In this document: positions 25,206 through 39,253 of the stretch, one piece after another
Layout of the letters: each line of letters opens with the position of its first letter
Numbering within the stretch: position 1 is the stretch's first letter
Source: Lama guanicoe
Lineage: Eukaryota
Direction of reading: 5' to 3'
Assembly (NCBI GenBank): GCA_013239625.1
Contig: MU056000.1
Span: 9,172,970-9,236,969, forward strand
DNA: 64,000 nt
Made by a program: the position numbers and the translations under genes
Notes under the pieces: generated by a model
Seen by the model: only the letters and a program-made list of their open reading frames with translations
Told to the model about the DNA's origin: nothing
Databases searched by the model: none

Positions 25206-25668
25206 TGGTGGTTCAAAATGGCCACGGACTCTTGCTGTGAATGATCTTCACTGAGAAATTTGTTTGCTTCTTCTGTCTTTGAGCCTATGGCAGCTTTGGC
25301 AAATAAAAGAAATAAAATCAGCATCTCTGCTCTTGCACCTGAGCCCTCATTTATGAAACACAACTGCACTGCTGCTGGGATTATGTAAAGAAAACTAAGA
25401 CTACATGGACAGAAAGAGTGTTCTAGAGGACCCAAGTTTCCAGCTATCCCTGCCAGGATGCCAAGCATGTGAGTATAGCTGCTGGTGACTTTCCAGCACA
25501 GTTCAGCTGTCAGCTAAATACTGTTGGACCACTCCGTCAAAACCATACAGAGCTGAAGAATCATCCAGCCAAGCCCTCACAAAACCATGAGATATAATAA
25601 AATGGTCATATGTTGAGCTAGTAACTTATAAGATAGTTTCATTCAAAGCTACATATGATGAAAAGACA
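25206..25668 (+). mobile_element. MaLR LTR (MLT1G/H-like)
   Basis: aaaatggccac...ttccagctatccctgccaggatgccaagcatgtgagt...gaagaatcatccagccaagccc...ccatgagatataataaaatggt. Confidence 0.8.
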
Positions 25669-26049
25669 AAGCAAAGCATGAAGAAGTCAGGATTCAATAC
25701 AATTTGGGAGTCAAAATGCCACAGCAACTGATAGGCACATATACTTTTGAGAATAAAAGTTTACTTATGGAATAAAAAAGGCAGATTCATAATTTAACTC
25801 CCACTTACAACCCCAAATTAGCCTTAGTATAATAGAATACAACATCTGATATTCCAAGCTAAAGAATTATGTTTTATAGTGAATTAATCATCATGTAGTA
25901 GAAATAAATTTGATTCAACAGTTAATCACGCCTCTGCTCATATCTGGAATGAGATGAGAGAGAGGAAGAAGATGTAGACCCTATAAAGGGGCTCATAATC
26001 CTATTCTTCTGTTGTAATGTTTTGCTATTTTTGTTTACGTGGGTGGAAT

Positions 26050-26140
26050 ATGTGAGATGAGTTAGGTGACTGTCCTCAGATCACACAGTAAAGGACGGTG
26101 CTAAATTTACCTCTCAGCTCCTGACTCAGAGGCCACCGCT
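26050..26140 (-). mobile_element. MIR fragment
   Basis: gagttaggtgactgtcctcagatcacacag...ctgactcagagg. Confidence 0.55.
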
Positions 26141-27104
26141 GTGATCATCTCACTGCCTTGGTAAGGATTGTTTTGGGAACTGGTGCCTCCCTGAGTGCAA
26201 TATGGGTGGTATAAGTGGCCGAGGCCTTTGTAAGGTGAGATGAGAGGGACTGGAAAGTTGAAGGAAGGAGAATTCCAATACATATGAGAATGAAACAGCT
26301 TGCCAACTCCCAGAATTGCTAATGACAGTGAACACGCTTTATCATTCAGATTAAGAGTCTGAATGAAACTATCAAATCAGGGGAAAAGGGCTTGATATGA
26401 TGGCTGGTAGTCAAAACAAGGCAGATGTTTGTTCCCGTGATCTCTTCTGGTGACAATGAAAAATTTCTGTCTTGAGGTATGCTCATATTACCCAGGATAG
26501 CCAACTTCTCAGAAATTGTGTGCTTGCCTAATATCTCTTATAGTTAAAAGAAGCTATTGTGAGGCTCTTCAGTGATCGCTATAATCACACCACAGAATCT
26601 AAGATGACCACACAGCATGAACAACACGTTGCCAGCATCACCTGAAAATTCAGATTATTCTAAAAGCATTCATTATTTTGGAGATTCCCACATTCATTGT
26701 ACCATCTCGTTGGTTTATTTTCAGTGATATTCACAACAGAAGAATGATTTTCAGTAGCAAATATAATGATCAGAGATACTGCTCTACAATTATGTACTCA
26801 TATACAACCACGCTATTTGAGTACGTATGATAGTGTTCATGCTGAAATCTGCTATTTTTAAAGTTCCTAAGCTAGTATTGCTTTTTTCCATTGGAAGACT
26901 ATATCAAATAAGTAAAAATTACATTCTGATGAGAAGGCATACTCATGTGACATACAGTGTGGAATTAATCGACTCGCCATGTTTTCCCTTCTTTATTTAC
27001 TAGTTTTTTTTTGGTTGGTTGTTTGTTTTGGTTTTCCCCAATAGTAGCAAATATGTTCACTTACTAAGTATGGCAATACTAATGTTACTTATTATACAAT
27101 TCAT

Positions 27105-27780
27105 TTCATTGATCATCTCTCATCCAATCCTAAATTTAAAATATCATCTATATATTAACAACACCCCAATTTGTATATTCTGTCTGAAATTCTCCTCTGA
27201 ATTCCAAGCATCTATATCTACTCATTATTTATAAAGTAAACAGAAGATATCTAAGAATTGAGGCTTGGACCCTTTGAAAGTCAAGGCCACGAGGAAGAGA
27301 AATGCAAGGAAAGGAGGCCAAAGAGGAACGTCTACGACAAGGGTTGAAAACCAGGTGCTAACTTGCATGTCACATAAAGAGGTATTTCTGTTGGAGGGAA
27401 AATCAACTGTTTCAAATATGCTGGTAGTCAAGCAAGACTGGAAGAGAATTAACCTTTGGTTTTTTAACTCAGAGGTCATTGGTGCTTGTATAGGAGTAGT
27501 TTTGATTATATGGTGGGGTTGAAGCGTAATTGGATAGAGTTTACAAGTAAATATGCAACAAAGAACTGTATACTAAAATTACAGACAATAATTATTAGAT
27601 TTGGCCTAGAAAAGAGTAAGAAAAAAGAGGTGGTAACTAAAAGGGGAAATTAAAATCAATAGTTTTTTAAAAACTTTATAAGAAGAGATAAATAATAGAA
27701 TATTGGTATGCTTATGTGGAAAATTACATATGCAAGAGATACAAAGAGAGATGATATAATTCCTGAGAAGAATTCAGTGT
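27105..27780. mobile_element. Two L2 fragments in opposite orientation (+ ~27105-27225; - ~27240-27780)
   Basis: tttaaaatatcatctatata...ctcctctgaattccaag (sense), followed by purine-rich atcaactgtttcaaatatgctg...agaggtcattggtg...gtagttttgattatatggtggggttgaagc (antisense). Confidence 0.65.
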
Positions 27781-28789
27781 GTGGTCATATTTCTCAACCC
27801 TGGTCTCTCTTCTGCATTTCCAATCTTTTTGAAATGTATCATCCATATAGTTTTTGTCTTCTTTCTAGTGTTTGCTTCCTAAACTTAAACTTCACACCTT
27901 CATATGTGGACAACTGAAGGAGACTAATACAATATTTAAGAACATGCTTCCACCAGTATATCTGCCACTGGAGTTTGTCAATCACAGGCCATTGCTGATT
28001 TACGTGTGGTTTTAATCATCCATCTACTCTGCCTGTGACCATCCTACTTCAGTTTCCTGTGAAACCTGTCCTTGATTTTATTTTTTTTAAATTTCTGTGC
28101 ACAAATTTAGTGCAGCAGCATATTATTTGGAAATTCTCCATCATCTAGCACCTTGGTGGTGTAAATCAATAGAGAGGAGTTGGACAGGAACCATCCTTCA
28201 CAGAACATTAATGCAATCTTTTCTTACATATTAATTCTACTGACCAAATTAGGCTTTGAAGTAGTGCATGAAATCCTATTAGACAGATAATTATCTGGAC
28301 TTTTTGCCCCAAAGTAAGTAATTTTTATTGAATACATTCTTATAGAGTGACTTACATGATGGAAAGTTTATCTAGAGCGGATATTACTAAATAGTTCTGT
28401 TGTTTTTTAGTTGTGTATTTGAGTGTATGTTTATGTGTGTTTTTAATTGTAATTGAGATAGCCTGTAGATGCCTTCATTGGTGATAAATTCTAACCTTTG
28501 AGGAAGACTGGGCTGTAATATTAATACAAAAAATGCAATCTTGGCTTGCCTAAGGTTAATTTGTAGGTTTTTGAAGAAATTGAGCGGAATGAGTTGGTTA
28601 TATCCTCAGAAGGATAATTTTACTTAGGCCTGTTCATTCTAACTGAACACTTTTATTTACACATGAGAACAGTGACAAGCAATAAAAGCAATGCTTTCAT
28701 TTGCACATGACAGTGACAGGCATTACTCTAAGCATGTCACACACATTAATTTACTTAATGCTTACAATGAATCCAAACATAACAGTCAT

Positions 28790-29765
28790 TGGTCCATAGC
28801 CATGACTGAAATCCCACAGGGAAAATGTTGCCAGGTTCCTCGAAACAGAACCAGCATGTTCCTTGGTTAGAAGGCAGTTCTGCTGTCTGGGAATAGCTCC
28901 TAGAATAGATCTAATTCTTGAGAATGGATCCTTTCATGGTTTTCTCCCTGCTTCTTGGCTCTGCCTTCTTTGATGATGTTTCCTTTCGCCAAAGACTTGG
29001 CCTCTGTACGTATATGAGTAGCTAGATATGAGTTTGTATATGAATAGCCCGCTTTCTGTTAACATGTGGTCAGGATCCAGAAGGCATTTTGCGATTTGAG
29101 CTGTCTCAGACACTTTTAGTCTAAGTCAGTAGGGTTCTTACCCATATGCTACTCTAAAATCTTTGAAATGTGTGTGAATTGATTTGCGTTCACTTCATTT
29201 ATCAAAAGCCACACTAAACATTTCCTTTCTAGACAGATAGTTACCATCTTATTTCAAAGACACATACCACCACATTCTTGGTTTTATCTTTGTTCACAGG
29301 CCTTGTTTCAATTCAAACTCTCTCATTGGCTTAGAAAACTAGACTTTCACAACGTGATTTTCCAATGGAAAACAACTGGCCCCATGGACTCCCTTTAAAT
29401 TCTGCTTGAAAATTAATTCTTTCTTTAGCTCATTTTTCTCTTGTGACGCCTTATCCAATTCAGTTCTGTGCACCCAGCTGACACTTTCAACAGTCTTTCT
29501 GGATCTATCTTTATCCAAATCCAGTTTCTTTAGTACATTTTGCATCTTCTAAAATAATTCAGGTAACAGCTTTGGCACATGTTTCACTATTATTAATGTC
29601 ATTTTCCTTGACTCCAACTACGTACACTATTTCCACTTATTTTGCAGTTTTTGTTAATAATTTATTCATCATTCTTCAAGGCCCCCATGCCACTTGGTGC
29701 CAAAGCTAATTTCACACTTTTAGGATTTTATTATGGCAGGGCCACATTTCTAATATCCCACTTCT
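28790..29765 (-). mobile_element. MaLR internal region (MLT1-int) remnant
   Basis: Antisense MLT1-int motifs (aattctttctttagctcatttttctcttgtga; cactttcaaca; tttagtacattttgcatcttc; ccaaagctaatttcacacttttaggattttattatggcag). ORF 29339-29545 is the decayed gag-like frame. Confidence 0.75.
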
Positions 29766-30604
29766 AGAAAAGAATCGGTTTTACTATAAAAGAACTTGTA
29801 GTATGGAGAAGAAAACATAGGACTACTGGCTGAATAATATAGAAAAAAAGGTTTATATTTGTTTATGCTGATCTACATAAGGGCTGCCCATTAATTTGTT
29901 CCTGTAAAACTGGAACAAATGCTTTCAGTGACACACTGAGAGCTTGATTTATGACCCTAATGGGTTAGACATTTACAGTCAGAAATAAAAAATAAGGTGT
30001 ATCAAATAAAATATATGAATAATTTGATGTTAAGGTGGAACTAGCACAAGTAACAGAGTGATTGTTCAAAATGGTCCTAAGAAATCATTCCAAGCAAGGT
30101 GAATTTAAATGAATCCACATACTTAAGTTCTGTACTTGAAACAAAACTACAATAGTAACATGAAGAAACACAAATCACAACAAAACAGAAATTTAAAATT
30201 CAAAAAGTGATGTAAGGTGTACACACACAGAAAAAAAAAAACTGAATGACTGCATACTATTAAGTACGTAGCTTAGAAGAATACATGTAAAAAATAACAT
30301 TGGGCTATGTGTCCAAAACATGTTGGTAGGAAAATGATCACTGAATTTTGCAGTCCTCAACGTCCATTGAAATAGAAAAGACGGAGTAACTGTTGCTATA
30401 AAGACACTTAAGATTTTGTTTTTGTTTTCATTTTTGTTTTTATTTTGTTTTGTTTTGTTTTAACTAAGGCACCCCCAAACATATTTAAATTTAGAGCAGT
30501 TCCTATTGCCTGATACGTATCTGTTGTTCAGTGATTCTGTCATCATTTAATGGAAGAACTCTTGTTTCCTGGCTACATATTCACTATTCTCCATTAGTTC
30601 TTCA

Positions 30605-30648
<44 letters not shown>
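30605..30648. repeat. (GT)n(AT)n microsatellite
   Basis: Directly visible. Confidence 0.95.
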
Positions 30649-32484
30649 TGATATGGTAGTTTTTAATCTATGTTGCTATTCAGAGCTCTTACAGATCTAC
30701 TTATTGTTATATCATATGAGTAAATAGGAGGCCAATGATTTTACACAAAATAGAGAAACAATTGTTTGGATCAAATATTTAGTGCCAGAATCTTACAATT
30801 TCATTACCGTCTTCAAGGAAGCACTCGATGGGTCAATGGTTGCCAGGTCCTTGAAGAGGAATATTTGCCTACCATTATGCACTGCAGGTCCTGTCATGAT
30901 ATCAAACAAATAATAAGTTTGTGGTAAGCATTTTCAATGAATTATATAAACTTAAATATTCGCCCTTTCAAACTGACCATACTTCAATAACACTTAGATT
31001 TTTTAAGCTGTTCAAAGACATTTCAAATAAAATTTACCTTAACAAATGACTCCCCAGATTACATTACATAGCTTGATATAAGTGCTCAGAAAATAATTTT
31101 CTCCTTTTATATTTATGTTATTCAGCATTACTTCTGGCTCTTTACAATGTCTAACAATCATAGTTCTAGCACCATTTGTTTCAGTCAAAATGTGTCTTGA
31201 GCCCAAAAATTGGAAAGAAAAGGTCCATTTGATGTGGATTACAAGTCTTTCTGAATATGAGAAGGAAATAAGTTTGAACATTCTTTCAATAATGTATTAT
31301 CAGATGCTGGCATATTTATGTAGCGATACACAATTGTTGGCCTAGGATGTCTAATTTGGAGTGCCAGCTATGGTATTTTTATATATCAGCTTAAAAGAAA
31401 AGTTACAACCACAAAATAAAATATATTACAAGTGAGAAGTGAGCCTTTATAAACTCCTGACTGATTTCTAAACTTTTTTCTGTATTTTTATTAAACCCAC
31501 CAAAGTAACTGTGAACAAGGTAAATGGATTGCTTAGATAAAAATCAGGTTTTAATTCACATGGGATTCATTGTATTTGTTGCAGTGATTTTTGAAATAAC
31601 TGTTTCATAATGCATCAGTTTCAAGGAAAACAGGTAATAAATGTTCAAATTTTCTAGACTCAGTTTATTAAAGAAAACTATTGAATAAGAAAACTCTACG
31701 GAGTGCAGTTTTAAGATTTTTAGCTATAGTTTAACAAGTCAGCAATCAGAGAACACTAAAATGCCATGATTTCTCCTAGCAAGGTAAACCTATAAGATCG
31801 TATAACTAAACACAATGAATTTTATTAATTATTTTAAATACTAAACATATAATCTCCTAACTGAATATAAATGGTTTAAACTTAGGTATGCCTATAATAC
31901 ATAGAAAATAATATACTTATCTTTAACATTTGACATTAATATTGGGATTATATTTAGTTGCAAAATGTATAGAATACAAATATATATATATCTTTCTTGT
32001 CTTGTAACTTTTATATTTTTATCTTTTGTAATGGAAACAAAAAATATTTCTATCATACACTTTCTTGTTTTATCTTCTCAGTAAAATATAAAACCATTTT
32101 GGACATACTTAAAACACAGAAAATGTAAAGAAAAATATAGGCGACACAAGCACTTTACCTTTAAAGTTCTTATTTTTAAATATTCTAAGAAAAATAATTA
32201 GAAATTTATTTGAGCTTTTTGAAAAATCTGCAACCAAATCTTCTTTCTTTTCTTGGAGAAAACATGACTGTGAAGTTGGATAGTGTTCCTAAAATGTTTT
32301 TGTTTTATTGTTTTTCAATAATACATATGTAATATATCTATTCATAAATGAGTTCAAGTCCTATTTTGTTTGTTTTAAAATGCATGAAACAAGCACTGTC
32401 CTTTAAATCAATGTATGCTTTTTATTAACTTATTCTTTTTCATTAATACCATATGTTCAAAACCATTCCTACTTTTTACTAAAT

Positions 32485-33515
32485 AGACAGTATCTTTTGA
32501 TGCACAGAATTTTGGTGAAGCTCAATTTGTTCGCTTTCTTTTGTTGTTTATGCCTTTGACATGAGGTTTAAGAAACTATTACTGATTTCAAACTCATAAA
32601 ATTTACCCCTGTGTTTTCTTCTAAGTTACAGTGTTTTTAACTCTTGTATTTAGATCTTTCATTTAGTTTGAGTATATTGTTAAATTTGGTAAAGCATGGG
32701 TCAAACGTCATTCTTTTTCAAGTTGGGAGCTGTCAGCCATTCAATTTGTTATTTTTCAAAATAATTTTAGCTATTCAGAGTGACTTGCAATTTTATATGA
32801 ATTTTAGGATTAATTTTACCATTTCTGATAAAAAGCCATTAGGAATTGCACTGAATGTGACTGTGTTTTGCTGCTACTTTTCCAACTGGATAGCTTTTAT
32901 TTGTTTTTCTTCTGAATTGATCTGGTTTGATTATCAGTACAATGTTGAATGGAAGTAGGAAAAATGAGCATTCTTGTCTTATTCCTGATCGTAGTGAGAA
33001 AAGCTTTCAATTTTTCATCACTGAATATGAAGTCAGCTGTGGGTTGTATTATAAAATCTCTTTATCATGTTGATAAAGTTTATTCCTAGTTTATTGATTG
33101 TTCTTATTGTGAAAGGGAAATAGAGTTCATCAAATACTTTTATTGCAGAAATTGAGATGAGTACACTTTTCTTTTCATTTTTGTTTTTATTGAGATGACA
33201 GATTACACTAAGGGAGTGTATTTATGTCAAACCACCCTTGCATTCCTGGAATAAATAAACTTGGTCATAGTTTATTATTCCCTTAATATGCTGCTGCATT
33301 TGATTTGCTAATATATTTGAGGATATTTGTATCTATAGTCATATGGGATATTGGATTGTCATTTTCTTTTCTTTTGGTATCCTTTTTCTGTAATTTGTAT
33401 CACAGTAGTGGTAGCCTCATAGAATGATCTAGGAGCATTCCTCCCTATTCTGTTTGTTGGAAGACTTTGGGAAGGACTGATGTTACTTCTACTTCAAATG
33501 TTGTAGAATTCACAT
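32485..33515 (-). mobile_element. L1M ORF2 fragment (multiply deleted)
   Basis: ttttgatgcacagaatttt; atgaattttaggattaatttt; tacaatgttgaatggaagt; cttgtcttattcctgatc; cccttgcattcctggaataaat; tagcctcatagaatga. Confidence 0.85.
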
Positions 33516-33529
33516 TGTTGTCTCTGAAA

Positions 33530-33765
33530 ATTTGCCACAGTCTAAAGGAACCTAAAGAGACATGACAAGTAAATATAATGGAGTATTTTGCATAGGATCC
33601 TGGAACTGAGAAAAAATGCACTAGTTAAAAATCTAAGAGAATCTTAAAGAAATATAGACTTAATAATAAGACAGTAATTGAATGTGAGTGTATATAGAAA
33701 CTCTTTGTAATATCTTTTCACTTTTTCTAAGTGGAAATTTGCTTTAAAATGCAGTAATCCATTTT
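33530..33765 (+). mobile_element. L1MC4-like 3'UTR fragment
   Basis: ggaacctaaagagacatgacaagtaaatataatg...ggatcctggaac...tatatagaaactctttgtaatatctttt. Confidence 0.65.
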
Positions 33766-34712
33766 TTAAAAGTCACTTATGAGGTGTGAAAAGCACCTCT
33801 ACAATTTGCACATGTTACAATACTTCTATTAGTTTAATCTCATATGCCCAACATTAGTGATATCTCACTGTCTCAAATATCTCCAAAATATTGAGCAAGA
33901 ATAGCTTTAAAGACTTGCTATAAATATACTCGATGTGAAGAAACAATCATTTGTCTTGCCTGTTGTGCTAAAATAATCACGGCAGTACAAAGGCACTGGA
34001 AGCCATAGCTTCTTTTTATCAAAGAACTATTTACTTAAGTATAATTTTGTGATAAAACAAAAAGTAACATACAAAATCATCCAATGGTAAACACATTTTA
34101 TTCCTTTTTAGCTTGTGAACATCTTTACTATTATAAGTTGACTCATATAGCCATAATTGCTATAAAAATTAGAGACAAGATGCTCGTTGTCACAATAATG
34201 ATAGGATGTTATTGCCAAATGCTAAGGAAGATAATGTTTACAAACAGTGCTAGTTTCACAGTTCTCTATAGGGAGCTCTTAAATATATACACATAATTAA
34301 AGATAAGATGCTTTTAAGCCACATATTCTATACAGAAAAACTCAAAACAATTTTTACTAACAATTAAGATAAGGCAGTAGTGTATACTGATTTCTATTAT
34401 ATTTATTTATGTGTTTATTTTACATATCTGTTAAGGATGCAACCAACTCCTCTCTCTGACCTTCAGAAATCCTTTCATTAATCTCTACTTGTCCCCATCT
34501 ACAACATTCCAGGCATTTTCTACTACCTACAGGTTCCAAATGCTATTTTTACCATTTCTTTTTGGAGAGGACCCTTTGTTGTACATTACTGGCAATTTAG
34601 AGATCACCTGATGGGACTACTTGAAATTTACTGTCTCTACCCTTAAAAGTGTATTTTCACTGATATTCATCGACCTAAACATGGCATTCTTTCTACCATC
34701 TGGACTTAGATG

Positions 34713-34714
34713 GT

Positions 34715-34764
<50 letters not shown>
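34713..34764. repeat. (TG)n microsatellite
   Basis: Directly visible, about 25 units with one interruption. Confidence 0.95.
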
Positions 34765-34766
<2 letters not shown>

Positions 34767-37700
34767 CTCTGTTTTCCACCATTTCTGAAAACAATCTTGC
34801 TCTTTAATATGCAACCTCTAAGAAAACTGGGGTTTTATCTACTTTTTTATTTCTGTATTCCTATGTTTAGAACAGTGCTTTTGTGTAGCCAAGGCTCTGA
34901 TTTTTTTTAATGAGATGACTGTAATTATTTACTTATAATTAAGTAATTATAAAATTATTTTTATATTTTAATCATATACTTTTAACTTTTTCTTGTTCAA
35001 TCAACGGTTACAGACTACATCACAGAAGGGCTTTTTATTCCCTCTCTTATTATGGGTCCTTTACTGATGAGTTCTTTGAAATAGCAATCTGTAGTCACTT
35101 TTGCATAAACATTAAGGTATTAAGGAGTTGTAGTCTGTATTTTATCTTCTCTATCCTCAAAAACTTCTTTCTCAAAGTATCCTAAATAGTATATACTAAA
35201 GGGTTTTCATTGTTTTATATACTTAGACTTCTGCTGTTGCCAAAACTTTTAAGCCGAGAAGTTGTAAAAGATAAAAATATTTTTGATATAATCATTTATA
35301 TAGTGAAATTCATTAGTCTTATATCTTCTGTACTTCTATCTTTAAATGAACAGAAATGGTATTCTCTTTTTATGTTTACAGTGAAGTTTTAAATTCATTA
35401 GGAATTTTTTTTGAGTATTATAAAATACAAATGTGATTTTACTCTTTCCAACTGGTTAACTGGTCGTTTTTAGGATTAGTATTAATATTTTATAGAAAAG
35501 AGATTCAAATACTCATATCAATTAATTGTAAAATATAGTTTTTATATTTGTAAAACCATTGAAGAAAGAATTATATTTATAACTTAGAAACTATTCTATG
35601 TTAATTCAAATGTATTACCAAGGGAGAATACCTTACATTTCAGATCCATTAGACTGTGAACAGAAAAAGAGATTTTATTTCTTCTATAAAATCAGCCAGA
35701 TACTTATTTTCAATACAAATGGACAATGATAAAAAAAAAAGTCTCATTTTTGACATATTAAAAAGAGCTCTTCCCTGGGGTGGATATGTGACTCAGTCCT
35801 GCTAGATTTCTTGAACTGAATAGCCATACTTTTCAAAAGATGTTAAAATTATAGGTAAAGAAATAATTGAAAACTATCATATTGACAGCTGGAAGAAAGA
35901 AAATTTTCTTAAAACAAACAGTATAATCAAACATCAACTAAAACACTTAAACATTTCAGAACTTAGCACTTTTTATTTATAAATATAATTTTTATTCTTG
36001 TTTGAAAATAATTTTCATGTTTTTCTATTAAAAATCATTGTCCAAAGATCAGTAAGCAAGCTGATTTTTCTTTTGTGAACTATGAAATTGAGTTAAAACT
36101 TTTGGTATATTTTGCTGTATTTTTATAAGATGACATTTTTCAAAAAAGTTTAAATATAAATTTTGTAAATAGATCATTATGAAAAATTAAATTACCAATA
36201 TTTATGGCTTTATACATAGATGAATAACACAAAAGCTACAAATTATTAATAATATTAAAATATTAAATAATTATCAGCTGCATATATCTTGCTATTATAA
36301 TTTTAAAATACTCAAAATGTTTCTAACAAACATCTAAAATAAATTTAATTACATTAAGCAAATGAAGTTTCTTTATTTTTAATCAAATGTATATATATAA
36401 ATTATATTTTCCTTTTTTAATTCAACTGAATAAATACATACATAAATGCAGAACATAAATGTATATGTAGCATTTAAATATACAGAAATGGCAGATTCTT
36501 ATTTTTTCCTTCAGTCATGTTTATTTGTTATTATAGTGGCGTAAGAAGAGAATACAGAATTTTAAATTCTGAAACTTGAACAATTTATCTCTGTATTAGT
36601 TTTAGTGACTTTCTTTTACAATACATATTTGATTTATGACAAAAAAAATCTGCATTAATTTAACTGCTAGCCACTGACATGATATAGGTCCCTGCCTCTT
36701 CTACAAGACTTAGATTCATCAGATCTGACATGTATCTAAGGTTATAAACAAGTACCCTATAGAATATACTAATGGAGTAATAAAATGTATGTTAATACAA
36801 TTTAGTGTACTTTTCCTCTGTTTAGGATTTGATATTTCAGCTGCTGAATTAATGAAAGGTTATTTCCTGGAAATCCATGTGGGCCTAATTTACAAGCACA
36901 TGAAGATCTGCTAAGAAATACAACCTTATTTCAAAATCACCTCAAAGGGTCAATAAAGCTGGTATCAGGGCTGTTCAACTAAGTAGGTTGCAAGTAGAGG
37001 TCCTTACACAGTGGTCCCTACAGAGTTACAAGATTAACATATGAGACATATTTGAATGCTTGTTGAATATACAGAGTTCTTATCTCTGCTCAAAGTTTAT
37101 GCATAAAAACTTGACAGTGATCGTAATATGTTCATTTGGGAAGTACTTCTTGAGCTGACATTCTGCCAACATATGGAGGGCATCATAGAAAACATGCATC
37201 ATAGTATTCACATATAATTGTTTCTTAAATATTTGTGTATTGTAGTACATAATGTTTTCAAATCATGTATCCCAATATTCAAAAAGTAGTTGAAGAAAGT
37301 ATATGTAATATGCTGTCTGAATTATTCTCTCAGCCTCTGTCTCTCTCTGTCTCTCTGCCTCAGTCTGTCTCTCAGACACACACGCATGCACACACATACA
37401 CGCATATGTTTTTAATGAAGGGAGTAATGGTGAGATTTTTTTGTTGCTTTAATAACCCAATTGCTAATTTGGCGTTTATTTCTGGATCTAACTAATGTAG
37501 TATGTACATTATTATTCAAGGAGTATGTAATAATACTCAATTCACTCAAACCATCAACAGATCATTTTCTGAGTGCACATTTAAAAGATGGTTATTTATT
37601 CGAAAACAATTTAGAAGACATTTTGAATTTTTTCAATATGTCTGAGATACTCTTGGTGATTATAAATTAGCTATTTAGCAGAATGCTAGTATGTAGGTTG

Positions 37701-39190
37701 GCAATACCAATTAACCAATATTTCCTTGTGATACATTATTATACTTCTTAGGGCTTAGTATTATTTTGGAAGGCAAATCTAGATATTTAAGGCCCGTCTG
37801 AGTGCCACTGTAATAAGTAACACAGTTCAGCATCTTTCAGGTTTTCCATCACATAATTTGAGAAAAAGGATGAGACAGTTGCAGTGGGCCCAGAGACAAG
37901 CAACCCTCAGTGGTCTGACTCACTGTAACTCCTGGTGTAAAAACAGCCACTCATGCATCATTGTATAGTAAACAAGAAGCAATCATGAAGATTTGAAGAG
38001 AAGAAAAGAATAGTTTCAGGTGAATTCATGAACAGTAAGTAGAGGACCATCAAGTGGAAGAAAGAGAAAACTAGCCAAGGGCAACCTGGGCAAAGTCCAA
38101 GATGAAGTTAAGTTCGTGAAGCTGAAAGTTTGCAGTGGTAACAGTACTGCCTGTTGGCCACATTGGTAGAAGCGAAAATCCCTGTCTCCGTTTTACACAG
38201 TGGTGATCGATGGTTAACACACAATGAAGATATTGGGAGATCTGGTTAAATTAGTTCCCCTGGAACATAAACCCTTCATAGCATTTAAAGAACCACTGTC
38301 TCTAACTCAGTGCCCTCAAGGTACCTAACTAACTGTACAAATATATTTTAGTAGCTATGAGAAAAATGACTAGGCAAAAATCAATAAATTAGGGAATTGA
38401 TAGAGCCAAGTGTTAAGCCTAATTTCATTTTCTAAATTGCAGAAAGGATAATTGGATAATTTATGCCAATTGCCTTCCTTTGACAAGGAGCCATGCCTGC
38501 TTTGAGCTATTATTTTGATTCCCAAATACATTTTTTGTGGGCTGATGCATGTCGTCTAATCTCATTTCTTTCTACTTGTTGAATTGTTGTTTTAACCTAA
38601 GCAGTGTCTTCAGTGAATCTTATAAGCACCACTTGATTGAGGCCCAACCCAGTGAGATCAAGTGAAACTCTATTTGACCATCTTCCTCTGACAATGTTAG
38701 CATTGTCCCTTGTGTACCAAACACTTGGCCATTAAGAAGCTTTATATTGTCAACTAATCCTCTGCCGGTGTTTTTTATCTCTTAATTCCCTGGTACTTCA
38801 TTTCCCCAAATAATGCAGGTGGATTTTTATTTTAGTTTACTGGACACTATTGTAAATTGACTGGTTTGGTGATCCAAAGCATCATGATCATCCTTTATAA
38901 ACATGCATACTAATTTCATTCAACATTAACTTAACTAATACGACAACAGCACCCTCAGAGCCAGTTTCATATCCTTGGATCCTTGGAATACAGTGATGAA
39001 AAGAAAATATTGCCACTTGTCATCTATTAAAAGAGACAGAAACTTCTAAAATAAAAATAATGTACTGACAATGCTAGCAAAGAGGTGTGCCCCTTCACAC
39101 CTCCCTTCAAATTACTGTGAGTAATCATTTGTTATGGAAATTATTTGCTTTGAATTTCCTATGGAAGCTAAAGAAACCAAATGCTTCTAT

Positions 39191-39196
<6 letters not shown>

Positions 39197-39248
<52 letters not shown>
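39197..39248. repeat. Pure (TA)n microsatellite, about 26 units
   Basis: Directly visible. Confidence 0.95.

Positions 39249-39253
<5 letters not shown>

Noticed and set aside
29339..29545. Coiled-coil-like 68-aa ORF as a novel gene
   Set aside because: It lies within a decayed MLT1 internal region, with no sign of a preserved longer frame.
30060..30330. Possible CR1/L3 remnant
   Set aside because: Similarity is too faint to support by eye and needs an HMM search.
37980..38170. Purine-rich stretch resembling a processed pseudogene
   Set aside because: Translations contain stops and match no protein I recognise. There is no poly(A) tail or TSD.
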